Shown here: positions 25,783 to 38,900 of the stretch, piece after piece
Layout of the letters: every line of letters begins with the position of its first letter
How positions within the stretch are numbered: the stretch's first letter is position 1
Position numbers and translations under genes: made by a program
DNA from: Octopus sinensis
Taxonomy: Eukaryota
NCBI RefSeq assembly: GCF_006345805.1
Contig: NC_042998.1
Span: 39,742,001 to 39,806,000, forward strand
Length of the DNA: 64,000 nt
Reading direction: 5' to 3'
Notes under the pieces: generated by a model
The model's input: only the letters and a program-made list of their open reading frames with translations
What the model was told of the DNA's origin: nothing
The model's database searches: none

Positions 25783-26174
25783 ATTACCTCCACCAAGGAA
25801 GGAGGTTATGTTTTCATTGGCGTTGGTTTGTCCATCTGTCCGTCTGTGTGCAAAATAACTCAAAAAGTTGTGAACTGTATTTGATGAATCTTGTAGGAAA
25901 AGTTGGTAATGACACAAGGAACAGATGATGAAATTTTGGTAGTGATCCGGGAATTTTTATGGATTCTTGAAGGATTTTTCATTTGTTATATTTACTTTAC
26001 AAGGTTATGTTCTTTGATTATCTCCCTTGAAAACACGTTCATCGTTTCCACGTAACCTATGGTGGCGTTGCTGTTTTCAAAGTTTATTTTCGTTTCTCTA
26101 TTAGTAATTTTACTCGCGTATCTATCTTAAAATGAGCTTGGCGGAGGTCTGCGCTCTCCGAGTGCTTTTCTAGT
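25783..26174 (+). mobile_element. Non-autonomous Helentron/DINE-like rolling-circle element
   Basis: Subterminal inverted repeat ACCTCCACCAAG (25786) / CTTGGCGGAGGT (26137). Internal GTCC/GTCT microsatellite. 3' hairpin GCGCTC-TCC-GAGTGC followed by TTTTCTAGT. Confidence 0.8.
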
Positions 26175-26794
26175 CACTTTATTATTTCATTTCATTATCT
26201 ATGTAAACACAGTTTCATCTTCCATGCTATATGTTTAAAGAAAAAAACTTAAGCTCTCTTCGTTCAATCCAACTCTCCCTCTTTCTCCCTCTCTTTCATG
26301 CTCATTTATTATTGTCATTTATTCATTCAGTTATCTAATTTTGTTATAGTTTGGATGACCAAAAACTGTTGGTTGTAGCTCTAGTTAAGAATGCAGATGC
26401 CCAATTCTGTCTCATTATTATCATTAATATTTTTTCACACTGACAGCCTGAGTTTTTGCCATTTCGTGGTATGCCTGGGCATATGGTGTAATGGTTATAG
26501 GCGTATGCTACTAATCCCAAGATTGCGAGTTCAATTCCAGGCAGTGCCTTGAATAAATAATAATAATAATAATAATAATAATCATATTAATAATAACACC
26601 AGCAACAAAATACCTTAGGAATGAGAACCCAGGGTTGGGTTCAAAATTCTACCAGGACACCTGATGAAGGGTGGAGAGTAAATCAGCCGAAACATGATAA
26701 CAACAAACAAAATGAAGACACATATCTGTCCAATGTAAATAATGGAGAGATCCCTTATTTGAAAACAGATAGGGGCTAACATCAGGAAGGACAT

Positions 26795-27540
26795 CATCAT
26801 CTTCATTTAACGTTCGTTTTCCATGCTGGCATGGGTTGGACGGTTTGACTGAAAACTGGTAAGCTGGAGAGTTACACCATGTTCCAATTTGATTTGGCAT
26901 GGTCTCTGCAGCTGGATATTCTTCCTAACATCAACCACTCCAAGAGTGTAGTGGATGCTTTTTTTTTGTGCTACCAGTGCAGTTACCAGTCACACAGCAC
27001 TGACATCAGCCATGACTATGACCTCACTTGGCTTGATAGGTCTTCTCAAGCACGGTATGTCACCAAAGGTCTCAATCACCTGTCACAGCCTCTCTGAAGC
27101 CCAACAACTGAACTGTACTTTTTACATGCCACTGGCACGGGTGCCAGTTATGTGAAACTGGCATAGGCTATGACTATGATTTCACTTGACTTGACAGGTC
27201 TTCTCATGCATGGCATATTGGCCAAAGTTCAAGGGTATTTTTTATGTACCAGTTACACAACACTAGCATTGGCCATGGCTATGATCTCATTTGACTTGCT
27301 GGGTCTTCTGCTCAAGCACAGCATATCGCCAATGGTCTTGGTCACCTATCATTGTCTCCGTGAGGCCCAATAGTCAAAGATCATGCTTCACCACTTTGTC
27401 CCATGTCTTCCTGGGTCTACCTCTTTCACAGGTTCCCTCCACTGTTAGAGTTCATCACTTTGTCATACCAGTGCAGTTGTTTCTTTTGTACACCACATCT
27501 GATGTGTCTTATGCCCAACTTTTCTCTTAAGATGCCTACA
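26795..27540 (-). mobile_element. RTE-family 3' end with the ORF2 C-terminus
   Basis: (CAT) tail and conserved block on the left. The minus strand at about 27300-27450 reads ..GTCERGRPRKTWDKVVKHDL.LLGLTETM.GDQDHWRYAVLEQKT. Confidence 0.8.
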
Positions 27541-28787
27541 CTCTGTTATGCATGCACGCTGACTTTACATATCTAGTGGAGCATACTAGCTTGATTTCTT
27601 GCAAGTCTACACATGTCCTTGGTGGTCACAGCACGTTTCACTGCTATGTAGCGTCGCTGTTTGTACACAGACATCCATAAAACAATGCCATATCATTCTA
27701 ACCTGTCTCTGTGTGGGAAAACAGACGTAAAATGAATGACAAAATATATATTTAATATAAAAAAAATTTTTTTAATGGAAAACAAAAAAACTAGAATGTA
27801 AAGAAATTTGTGATGATGGCCAAAGGCAGTGAATAAAATATGTAAATGTTTGTTTGGGTATTCTGCGATATTTTATTAAGGATTGGATACTTACAGGAAA
27901 TATCCAAAGGAAAAAATTATGAAATTGTAACATTTAAATAAACTGATTTAATCATCATTTAACATCTGTTTCCCATAGAGATGGAGGAGAGATTCTGTCT
28001 TTCTCTTTATCATCATTTTACTTTTTTTTTTTCCCTGCTTTCATAAGGTACAACATACCTCATATCTTACCACTTGTTGCACTCATTTCTTATGTTCCAT
28101 ACACATCAACAATGAACCAATCACTAAGTTTTGTCTCTGGAATTATGTTTTTTGTTTTGCTTATCAAATACTGAGATGTAAAGGCAATTTTAAGCATGAA
28201 TTTTTCAAAATTTGTCAGGGTTCAGTCAAGTCTTGTACACTTTTAAGGACCCATTAATTGATACTTCTAATTATACACATACCTAGATTATGCTCACACA
28301 CATACAGCCAACACACCAGAAATTAACACCTCCATAAGCAAACATTCTCAAAAACATTCTTCTATAACAACTAAAATCTTTCAACATTACAGAGATTATA
28401 TAATTTTACAGTCTACCTTCTCTAATCATAAACAACTAAAACCCTTCAATGTCACTGCAAATACTGGGCCACACAATCTCTGGGGATTTCTTGTGACTGC
28501 TTTATACCCCCACCCTGCCACCACACACATTGTCAAAACATCATCATTAAGACCAGATTTCCTATTCAGGTTCAGAAAATACTTTGGTTCTGATCTCTTG
28601 TGGGTAATTTTTCAAAACTTGAGTGTAGCTTGCATCAGAATATGTGTTGCAGTGGATGTGAATTTAAAACTTTTGAATTAATAGTATAATAACTATAATA
28701 ATAATTGAAGCACTTACACACATACGTGTGTGTACCTGTGAATGTTCAGATTCACCACATTAATCCACTTTTGTCTCTCACTTTTAG

Positions 28788-28876
28788 AACTAGCTCGAGA
28801 TTCTCTAAACAAAACAGGAAGATATCAAGTTGTTGGTGGAATTATGTCTCCTGTCTCAGACTTTTATTCCAAAAAG
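28788..28876 (+). CDS. NMNAT: NMNAT coding exon 2 (ELARDSLNKTGRYQVVGGIMSPVSDFYSKK)
   Basis: TTTTAG acceptor and AAG|GTCAGT donor; 89 nt, phase 1 to 0. Matches the NMNAT ELARD..G..SPV.D.Y.KK pattern. Confidence 0.97.
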
Positions 28877-29312
28877 GTCAGTGTGCTATTTTTTTTTACC
28901 ATTGCCAAAATTCAACATCTATTTTTTTTATATATTAGGAGGGCCTCTTAACTGTTTGTATTTTGCTTTTATTTATTTTCACTTCTTAATTTCCAACAAG
29001 CATTGGAATGAATTTGCAAACTGTATACCACATATATTGGTGTATACTACAACTGGGTGTATGAGACAACCCGCCAGGATTTCCATTTAAAAAGTGGGTT
29101 TTGAGCTATACTTGCTGTATAAGACTACTCCAAGCTTTTGCAGAAAATAGCTTGGGCGCCAAAGACATGAGATTCATAGCTAAAGGAGTCAGGTGAGCTT
29201 CCCCAGTGACCCTCAAAGCCAAAACAAACAAGCTTTTGATGGTTTTATAGATATTTCAAAATTATGGTGGTATGATGCTAGGTGTTTCCATTAATTTGTC
29301 CAAACCCTGTAC

Positions 29313-29403
<91 letters not shown>
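29313..29403. repeat. (TA)n microsatellite abutting the Helitron 3' end
   Basis: Direct reading. Confidence 0.95.
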
Positions 29404-29404
<1 letters not shown>

Positions 29405-32400
29405 TAGCAGCATAGCCCAGCGTTGCCCGGGTATGTAAGAGCCCCTAGTAGGCAACGACTAATCCCAATCTAGTCCTTTCCCTCTAGGGAACGAAGGCGC
29501 ATGTGTAGGTTGCAATGTCTTCTCTTCACTCGAATACTTCTGTGTATACAATGTTCCTAGCTGTCCCTTTGGGCGAAAACATGAAAACATCATTGCGCCT
29601 CCCAACGTGTGAACAGCCCACGTAGAGTTGACCGTGGGCGAAGCACTGTTCGCCCAAATGTAACCCAGCGACTTGTAGCATTTGGCCTTGGGATTTATTG
29701 ATGGACATTGCAAAGCAGAGTTTAACAGGAAACTGAGAATGCCTGAAGTGGATTGGTAGGTCAGCACCTGACGGTTGAAGGTGCATGCGTGGAATGAAGA
29801 CGTTGTCTCCCTTCCCACAACTGGTAAGTATTGTGGCCGTTATTAAATGTGGTGCCAAATGTTTCACAACCACACGTGTGCTGTTGCTCTGTTTAGGTGG
29901 AACCAAATTCCTGATGAGCATAATGGGTGCACCGACTTTTAACTTCAGGATGTGTAGCGGCAGGCCTGGCGGTTCAAGTGAATTCAGGAATTCAACAGGA
30001 TAATCGGCAAGCTCGGTGGGGTCTGCTGTCCTATCTATAGATTTGTAGACGTGAACATCACCAGGAATAGCTTCAAGTAGCTGGATATTGATGGAGTTGA
30101 CGGTTGTATTTTTGGGTGCGAGAATAGCTCTGCCTGCCAGCCATTTTAGGTCGCGTAAATTGTTTTGTAGGGCGTGGAAGACAGCGTCCCGGAGGCTAGC
30201 AGGGGTGTCGACAGTGGTGCAAAGTGAGTCCAGTTGAACGCAGCCATCCGCATCAGCCAGCATCCAATTTTCACCGAGCAATAAAAGGTCCCTGGAGAAT
30301 GCAGCGGATCCACTGTCACCAATCAACTGCACGTGCATGTTATTTTGGAGGTGCAAGGGCTGCACATGTGCCCAAAGAGCTGACGACTTAAGGCACGCGC
30401 ACACGGCATCGGTACGGGTTCCTTTTGAAATAACAGGTAGAGTCTGCCTGAAGTCTCCTGAAAGAAGTAAAGTCAATCCACCCATGGGGGCCGTAGAGTC
30501 TCTGATGTCTTGCAGGGACCTGTCCAGTGCCTCAAGGGCACCTTTGTGTGCCATAGTGCACTCGTCCCATACGATGAGTTTGCATCTGCGTAGAATGTCG
30601 GCCTGTTCTGAGTTCTTGGCGATGTTGCAGATAGGTGACTCAGACTTTGCCAGATCGAGCGGGAGTCTGAAGGCAGAGTGGGCGGTTCTGCCACCCGGAA
30701 GCAACGTGGCCGCGATACCAGAGGAAGCTACAGCCAGGGCAATGTCCGTGTTGCGTCTGACCTCTGCCAGAATTAGTTTCGTGACAAAGGTTTTGCCCGT
30801 GCCGCCAGGTGCGTCAAGGAAGTAAATCCCCCCATGTTGCTGTCTGACAGAGTCTACGATGGTGTTGTAGGCTATGCGCTGGTCTGGAAGCAGTCGTGGT
30901 TCATTATCTTGGACGTACTGGTGCAGTTCCTCAATGCAGTAGGAAGTTTCGCGTAACAATTCAACAGACATAACATTGGCATGTTCACGTGTGGGTGGTG
31001 GAAGGCCGTACTCCGTTAAAGCAGAGCCACCCATATCGATGACAGCGTCTTCGAGTTGAATAAGTGCAAAATTGTAAATGAAGTTGGTGAACGTGATCTC
31101 GACGGAAGGGCAGTGTTGCTGAGCCGTACGTAAGAAGGCCTGCGACATGTCATCCCTGTATTTGATCCAGAGACTTAGTGGGTCACTAAGCTGACGTTTT
31201 TGAAGATGGATTGCGTAAAGATGTCGTAGGGCCGAAGGCGTTTGCAGTAAAGCGCCCTCTGCCATAGTGGCGTCCCACTGGGAGTCATCCTCTAGAAGGC
31301 CAAGTCTCATACATGCTTCCCTGAAGGTGTCGCACAGAACCCCATTGACGGTACGTATATTGCCGAAACCTGTTGGACCAGTGACCTCATGTAGAAGGAG
31401 ACGGAGGTAGAAGCATTCTTGCTGGTTTGGTGGGATGTTGTAAACTCGACCCAGGCAGGAGTCAAACTTGACACCTGGGAAGCCTTCGACATTTTTGACG
31501 GATTTCCGTCGAACCCAGGTGTTGTTATACCACACGAAGTACGATGGGACCTGGGGGTACAAAAGCGTTCGAGCGAAGCCATCACGTTGGCATAATTTGA
31601 AGAAACCGGTCAACATTGTGTCTTTAGGGTTGGTGGCTACCTGCGCAGCAGTTTGCTCTGTGAAGTAAATCCTCTGTCCATTTTCCAAGTGTACAGCAAG
31701 CTGCACCACAGCCGGGTGTCTCTGATGGAGCGGGTAGCCGTAAATGTGCCAAAACGCTTCGTTGCTGCTGAGGTACCGGCCTGCCAAGTAGTTGGACACT
31801 TCGTCGCGACTGGTGGTCCTCTGGATGCTGAACATGGCAGCATCGCTGCCCTTGTTGATATATTTGCAGACATATTGTATTGACCTGATGGAGCTGCAGA
31901 ACTCAACGTTGACGTGTGCTTTGAATATCTTTGACAAAAGAGGACAGTAGGGGACAATGTAGCTGTTGTCCACTTGATGTCGCCCAACCGTAATCGTGCG
32001 GCCTCCATTGCCTGGACTCCTTCGTTTGTACAGCGGATACCCATCGCCGCCTGTTTGAGTCTCCAAAGTGAACTGTTTAGGGAATCCCTTTGAGCAGGCT
32101 AATCCGTTTTTGCAGCATGGTGTGTTGGCGTAATTTGGTCCACAGGGCCCGAGTACCATGGTAGTGCGGACAATTTCGTACAGTTCGGGGTCTTCATCGG
32201 GGTCAGGAATCTCGGCGGAAATGAATTTGTCAATGTCATTAGTCTCGATTTTATTAGTTAGCCAAATTAAAATGTGAGCATGTGGCAAGCCCCTCTTTTG
32301 CCACTCGATCGAAAGCATGTGGCACCTGACATGCCCGAAAATCTGACCCTTAACTATCAAATCCATCATTTTGCCCAAATTCAGAGGGAAAACCCTAGCA

Positions 32401-34450
32401 ACGATGTCATGTCGATGGGTGTGAGACTGACCCGGGAGGAGTTGCGAGTGATCTTGTTGCAGTTGGGATTGCACGTGTAGGTGATAAAGAGGTCCGGCCG
32501 GCCGTAAATGCGCACTTAGGTCAAGGCGTCTTGGATCCTTTCACGCATATATCGCGGTCCTCCAGTGAAGGTGGAGAGTAGAATGCATGGCTTGCCGATG
32601 TTGCGAGGGTCATTTTCTTGTTGCAAGCCGTCACGGAGATGAATGTAGGAGTCGGAGCGAAGTTTGGTCTGATTAAGTTTAATGTATAGCAGCCTTTCCG
32701 ATTCCATTTTGGCGGCCATGTCAACAACGAACTGGTTGAATAGCTGACGACAATGGGGCAATAAGTTGAACTCACCCTCCCTGACCATGAACGGGTATGA
32801 GTAGAACGCCCTGCAGGAAACCGTCTTTGATGCCGCAGTAGTTTGATTGGAGGGCTGCCGTAAAGGAATTCCGATGTGGTAGCCGTCTTCCCTATAAGGG
32901 AAAAGCAATGGATACTGAAGTGCGTCATAAGATCTGTGAGTCTCGCTGATCCTGCATAGGCTGTTACCACGGGAGGAGATGATTATGTCACGGCTGTTGT
33001 GTTGCTCTCTGTGTATGACTGCGGCAATTTCGTTGCACGCAGGTGCGTTGAAATGGCGTTCATGCTCCCCGTGGGGTCATTTATCAGCATCAATGACAAC
33101 GGTGAAGTTTGGAGACGGAGCACTGTCCAAGGCATACCAGAAGCTGCAGACGTAGCTGTTGATATCATGAAGCATGGTTTGGAGACGGAGAAGAACGTCT
33201 TTGCGGGGAACATAGCATGTACCCGGTATTATTCCAAGGCATGCATCAACCTGCTGGTTGTAGTCGGCAATGAAGTAGATTTGGAGGAAAGAAGACTGCT
33301 GAATCTCGTCTGGCAGAAGTGACCCAGTAAGATGGTAGACCTATCCCTGCACTTTGAAAGTAGGCATCCAGCCTTTTCTAGGAGGAATTTTGGCCCTGAA
33401 AGAGGTCATTTGGAATGAGCAGTTGTACTTTCGAATGATTTCAAGAAATTGTGATGATTCAGGGGTTAAACCTGCCGCGAGATCCTTCAGTGGTTGAGGT
33501 GGTTCCCGTAGGGGTGGCAGGTCCACTTTGCCACCAGAGCAGCACAAACCAGGTGGCTCTCCGGGCCATTTCTTGGCTTTGCAAAACTGGCATACAATTG
33601 TCATTGGCCCTATCTTGATGTCGTCACGCAAGGAGAAGTTAATTGTGGCGTCGTACTTGAATGCTAGTGACGACCAGAAAGCGGGGGCAGGGATATGTAC
33701 ACCACGAATAATATCCCGACGTTGGTTGATACTCTCAAGTCGAGTGCGCTGTGCCTCAGCAGATTGAGATGCGCTTGCAACAACTGTAGCAGTGGCATCA
33801 CTTGAAAGCCTTTCAGCTCTCACCTTAGCACCCTCTGAAGCCATAGCAGAAGCAGTGTTAATGGCATCTCTGGATGTCCGAATAGTTCGTTGGTCTGGAG
33901 TTTCGGCAGATCAAGCCATGGCTGTGTTTGCAGCGTTAGCAGCTTGGCGAGCTCTCCTCTGTTGAGGTGTTTCAGCAGATTGGGCCATGGCTGTGTTTGC
34001 GGCGTCTGCAGCTTGGCGAGTTCTCCTCTGCTGTGAGGTTTCGACAGATCGTGTCCTGGCGGTGCTAGTGGCGTTAGCTGCATTCCGATGGAAGCACAGG
34101 AAGAAGCCCGCATGTTTTGGCTGGACTGTTGCTCTTTCGTCAACCTTGAGCGGAGGGAAGATCTGTACGCTGCGGCCCTTGCCAGTCGGGTAGAATGGTC
34201 GCTAGTAGTTTCAGATGCCTGAGCAGCGGCAGAATGGGAAGCTTTTTGCGAGAGGCGCAAGGCGGTTTCCTCGTGGGTCTCGCGTGCTCTTCTAGCCCTA
34301 GCAGCCGATACCTTGGCCGTCCGAGGGCTGAGGAGGGTCCTTCTCTTCTTGGATAAATGCAACATGGGTCGAGAATCTAAGCTTTTTATATGCAACACAT
34401 TTTCTGTTGTAGTTTTCGCAACTTGCAATCGATTTTCACCAAACACAGGT
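29404..34450 (-). mobile_element. Near full-length Helitron (Rep/PIF1 helicase), inactivated by stops and frameshifts
   Basis: 3' CTAG|T at 29404 preceded by the hairpin CCCGG-GCAACG-CTGGG. The 982-aa ORF 29526-32474 has the HUH motif EWQKRGLPHAHIL, YVCKYINKG, and helicase motifs FLDAPGGTGKTF, WDECTM, GDFRQTLPVI. N-terminal zinc finger CQFCKAKKWPGEPPGLCC (33341-33844). Probable ATG near 34365. The 5' TC terminus was not located. Confidence 0.95.
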
Positions 34451-34808
34451 GGATGTCATTCATTTGTAATCCTCTGTGAAGTCATGCGCAGCCTTTGTGC
34501 TGTTTGTATTCAAAGGACTCTGGAACCTATTACTTTTCTTGGAAACAGCAGGCAAGGATTGGTGACAGGAAGGACGTGTGGCAGTGGAAAAATCTGCCTC
34601 GAAGAATTTTGTCTGACCAAGTAAACATAGCAGAGTGAACATTAAATGATGATGACATTGACGATGGTGGTGGTGGTGGTGATGGCAATGACGATGATGA
34701 TAACAGTGGTGGTGGTGATGATGATGATGATGGTATAAAACGTATGCACACCCAATCACCCACATATATAAAAGCTTCTGCCTAATTACTGTAAAATTTC
34801 TCTTTCAG

Positions 34809-34876
34809 GGTTTGGAGAAAGCTACTCATCGCTGTGAAATGGTTCAGTTAGCATTAGAATCAATGGACTGGGTCAG
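34809..34876 (+). CDS. NMNAT: NMNAT coding exon 3 (GLEKATHRCEMVQLALESMDWV-R)
   Basis: TCTTTCAG acceptor and AG|GTATCA donor; 68 nt, phase 0 to 2. Conserved HR..M..LA...DW pattern. Confidence 0.95.
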
Positions 34877-35799
34877 GTATCAGTATAAGAAATTTCATTT
34901 GGATTTTCTATTTTTTTCTTTACCCTATCCTGATCTTCGTCATTAGTCAAGCATCCATCCATGTGACCCGTTCACTGAGACCATGTTTACCTCATCTCCA
35001 ACCCTTTTTTCTCTTTCTTCTCACACTCTCGCAAACTCACTTTCCCACTCTTTCTGACCTTGAATCTCTATTCTGTTCACCTTGTACCTTGGGGTTATAC
35101 CCTCACTGTCTCTTTGCCCTCTTGCCAGCTGGGGAAGCCATCATCTCCTCTGCAGCAAGACATCTGTACTTGTCCCGTTATCCTACTTTTACCTCTCAAT
35201 ATCTGGCATAAAGCTACTTCCCTCAATATTACACCTCCACTCAATTGAGGGCTCTTGTCTGGCAAGTCACCTGGTGACCTCACTAGAGCCACTGTCGTGG
35301 AAAAAAACACACAGTACATTCTGTAGAGGGGTTGATGTAGAAGCTATGCTAAAGCAGACATCGGAGCTTGGGGAAATCCTCTGATTTGTTTCACATTGAA
35401 TTGTCCTGTCCGTACCAATATGGAACACAGACATTAAGCAATGTTGACGATGATGATGATGACAATGCCAACAATACACACCTGCTAATCCTGAGCAATG
35501 CAGCAAAAGTATGCAATACGAATTGGTTGATATGGAAGCACCAAAGAGACTGATGAGACTCTCTTCAGTCTGAAACCATTCAGTCCATACATATATGTCT
35601 TAGAACTATTTAGTCTCACCATTCATGGTCCTCATCCGGTCACACTGCTTGTATGAACTTCTACATCACTGTGTTGTCATCCACTTCTGTTGTTGGTCAT
35701 ATTCGGCAAGTCAGAGGGATTGCTGTTTATGTCATCACAAACCTACTTGATTTAGGCCTTGGCAAAATAGAATAAAGAAGCTGAAATCTAAATAGAACA

Positions 35800-36430
35800 A
35801 TCAAAACAGTATCTGGCACACTTATTCTGGCAGCAAGATTCATAGAGGCATCAACTGCAAATCCGAAGTCCTAAAACCCCTTAGATGAGCTGGTGCAGTT
35901 GTGGACTCATTGGACAAGGCTGTTTGGCACCACCAATATCTGTTGCAGAGGAACAACACTTCAGACCTTTATGTCTCTTGTCTTCCCTGTTCTGCTCTAT
36001 AGTTGTGAGACTTGGACACTGTCCAGGGTTTTTAGGAGCTACTTCAACTCCTTTGGTGTTAGGATACTCCACATGATTATAGGTCACCATTGGGTGGATT
36101 TCATATCTAACCAACAATTCTGCTCAGAAACTGGGATGCACCCTGTTACTTGTGTGATTTGAAAGTGTCAGCTCAGACTGTTTGGTTTTGTTGCTTGATT
36201 TTCTGTGTTAGAGACCCTACTTACCATGTTCTCTTCACTGAGGGTTTGGTTGGGTTGATGGCTGTAGTTGGTTGACCATATGGCAAATTGTCATGGCAGA
36301 CAAGGAGGTATCTTGTGGTGATAGGACTGGGATTCTGCTTGACAGGTTGCCCAGAAGAATCCCAGAATATATCGACAAATGGTGAATGCAGCAATGCACT
36401 GCCACAGTGCACGTCCTTTCCCTTTCCCTC
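35800..36430 (+). mobile_element. Degenerate RTE LINE fragment (RT C-terminal region)
   Basis: LVFPVLLYSCETWTL..RILHMIIGHHWVDFISN..QLRLFG (35893-36200). Confidence 0.7.
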
Positions 36431-36625
36431 ACCTGACCCCTGCATGTCTTTTATTTTACCATTTTCACTAAAGATCCAATATTAATTCCAAACTTACCAA
36501 AATAACTTTTTGTTGTTTTTTTTCATTCTTTTGTTCTCTCTTATATTCTTTTTGTTATTCTTTCTTTAGTCTTTTGTCTTTTCATACTTTTCTTCTTTCT
36601 TTCTTCACTTTTCTATCCATGTTAG

Positions 36626-36750
36626 GTTAGACACATGGGAAAGTGAACAAGACAAATGGACAGAGACTCTCCATGTCTTGGAGCATCATAGTTCCAAACT
36701 ACGTACAGTTGACAGCAATGCTAATATATCTTTAAAAAATGTTTCGAAAG
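36626..36750 (+). CDS. NMNAT: NMNAT coding exon 4 (LDTWESEQDKWTETLHVLEHH...NVSK)
   Basis: TAG acceptor and AAG|GTAAGA donor; 125 nt, phase 2 to 1. Conserved D.WE..Q..W..T..VL.HH pattern. Confidence 0.95.
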
Positions 36751-38619
36751 GTAAGAACTGTCTGAATAGGATTTAACAGTAATAACTTTTAAATGAATTC
36801 TTTTTTTTCTTTTTCAGAAGTGTTTCTACAGATTATGCAGAATTTTTTGTCAACACTTTAAATTTGTTTTACTAACGTTTATTTAGAACAGCAGACTAAT
36901 AATGCCAGTGGACTTTAATTTCTTCCTACCAGTAATCTTTACAAAACTACTAATGATTACAGACTGTTAGAATATGAGGACGTGGTGGTGTGGGGGTTAG
37001 TGGTGTTTTCATAAATAGCAGATGTGAGACTTAGAAGCAGGCATAGCTTATATAGATGTAGAATAAAATCTACGTAATACTGATTTCCAATGGCACTGTC
37101 ACTGAGTGCAATTCTTAGAATGCTTTTCAGTCACTGTCCTGTGTTATGTTGTCGAAGGTAAAATTTACAGAGCAGCTGTGCCTCAAACATTTCTTTATAA
37201 GGAAAACTACCAGATTCTACACCAGAAATGGATAAAAAATGTTGGATTTTATATGATGTTTAAATTCAGCTTCAAGAGAGAACCATTTGTCACGCTTGAA
37301 TGAGTATGACTTGGTAATAAGAGACTGTGCTATAACAAATTGTTGTAGGTACCTATATAGTTGTGAGCAGACATAGGCATTCTCTCAATTTGTTATGATA
37401 TGATCCAGTGACACATAGAGAAGGTCATGGCTGGAGGGAGCTGCACCAGTATTGTTTGTACTCATTGTCATCTTAGTAGACTGGATCAATGTTATATTAA
37501 GCACCTTGTTCAAGGACACACTGTGTCATCTGATCCAAGAATTGAACCCACACCATTATGATTGTGAGTCAAACCTTCACTTCACATATTGTAAATCACC
37601 TAAATACAACATTAATTGGTTATGCATGTGCAAACAAGCACTAGGGATGCAGGATATATTGCTCAAATGGACTCATTCAGAAATTTTTTTTAATTCTTTA
37701 AATTATATACACATTCAGAGTGTCATATCTTAACTCTATATTGTGCTGTGTTCCTGATATAGTGAGAATAGCCAAAACATAATCTCTACCAGATTCTCAA
37801 TAGAGTTATAATGAACCACACACACATGGAAAAGGAAGATGTACTAAAAATAGACAACAGATCTTGTTGCAGTTTTGTAGTCAAGTGTGTTTGTGATTCA
37901 CTTTTAATGGTTTACCCCATAGCTATTGTTTACTTTCATTTTTAATCGAAAATATGAAAAGAAAGATTTATTTACAATTACATGAGCATGGGATGAACCC
38001 AGCACTTTATCTGGTAAATGAGCAAGGCCTAGATTCTTTACAGATGAGGAAATTATTGATGATGTTTATTCTTCAGACAAAGAGTTTACTCTTAGGCAGG
38101 CAATGAGAGTGATTTGGCCAATCAGACTGGTGAATATGATAGGAAAGTAGTGATTCGGGTGAACAAACACAACAGTTGTCAGATAGGCTCATTATTGCTA
38201 TTCACCTGAATTTCTTTTTGTGATTCCATCCATTAGTTTACCTGAAATCATTAATTTTGATCTGTGTATGCAACTATTTATTTTTTTTGCTCAAAAGCCC
38301 AGGTGGAGGAGAAAGTTAGACTCAAGGGGTTAAAGTGTCTTGTTTGCCTTTTGGTACAACTTAGAAGAGGAAGATGTCTGAGATTGAAAGGTGCAAAGAA
38401 ACGAGAAAGTTATCCTTAAATTGAATAGTGGACATCAATGCTTGCAACAGTGTAGAACCCCAGTAAAGGCACCCAGGTGGGGATGTTAAACTTAGCTATG
38501 GATTAAATCTACTAATCCAAGAATAGGAACTGTCACTCCTGCAGGCCTTCCAGAGGCAAGATCTGAACATTCTTGCCCCATATAAAACTGAATCCCAAAC
38601 CATCTAGTTATGAATGGAA

Positions 38620-38900
38620 CAGCCTAACCACACAGCCATCCTGTGACAACTGTCCCATTTCCAACAGAGGAACTTTTGCTCTTTTTGTCTTGCAGGGTAC
38701 TTGGTAACCCTGTCAGTGCTGGTGCTATATAAGAAGTACCCGTACACTCTATAAAGTGGTTGGTGTTAGGAAGGGCATCCAGCTGTAGAAGCCATGCCAA
38801 AATGGACAATGGAGCCTGGTGCAGCTTCTTGCCTAGCCAGCTTCTGTCAAACTGTCCAGCTCATACCAGCATGGGAAATGGACGTTGATGATGATGATAA
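38620..38900 (+). mobile_element. RTE-family 3' tail copy, sense orientation
   Basis: GGTGTTAGGAAGGGCATCCAGCTGTAG...GGACGTTGATGATGATGAT. Confidence 0.75.

Noticed and set aside
26477-26548. tRNA-like sequence with A and B boxes
   Set aside because: The T-arm and acceptor stem do not pair properly and it is followed by a (TAA)n tail. It is a tRNA-derived SINE head, not a tRNA gene.
32999-33322. 107-aa + strand ORF and other + strand ORFs over the Helitron (e.g. 30337-30825)
   Set aside because: Antisense shadows of the Helitron coding strand, with no recognisable motifs.
33341-33343. In-frame TAG in the Helitron as possible programmed read-through
   Set aside because: It sits where the conserved QGQVYH motif expects CAG, and other stops and frameshifts exist. 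Simple decay explains it.
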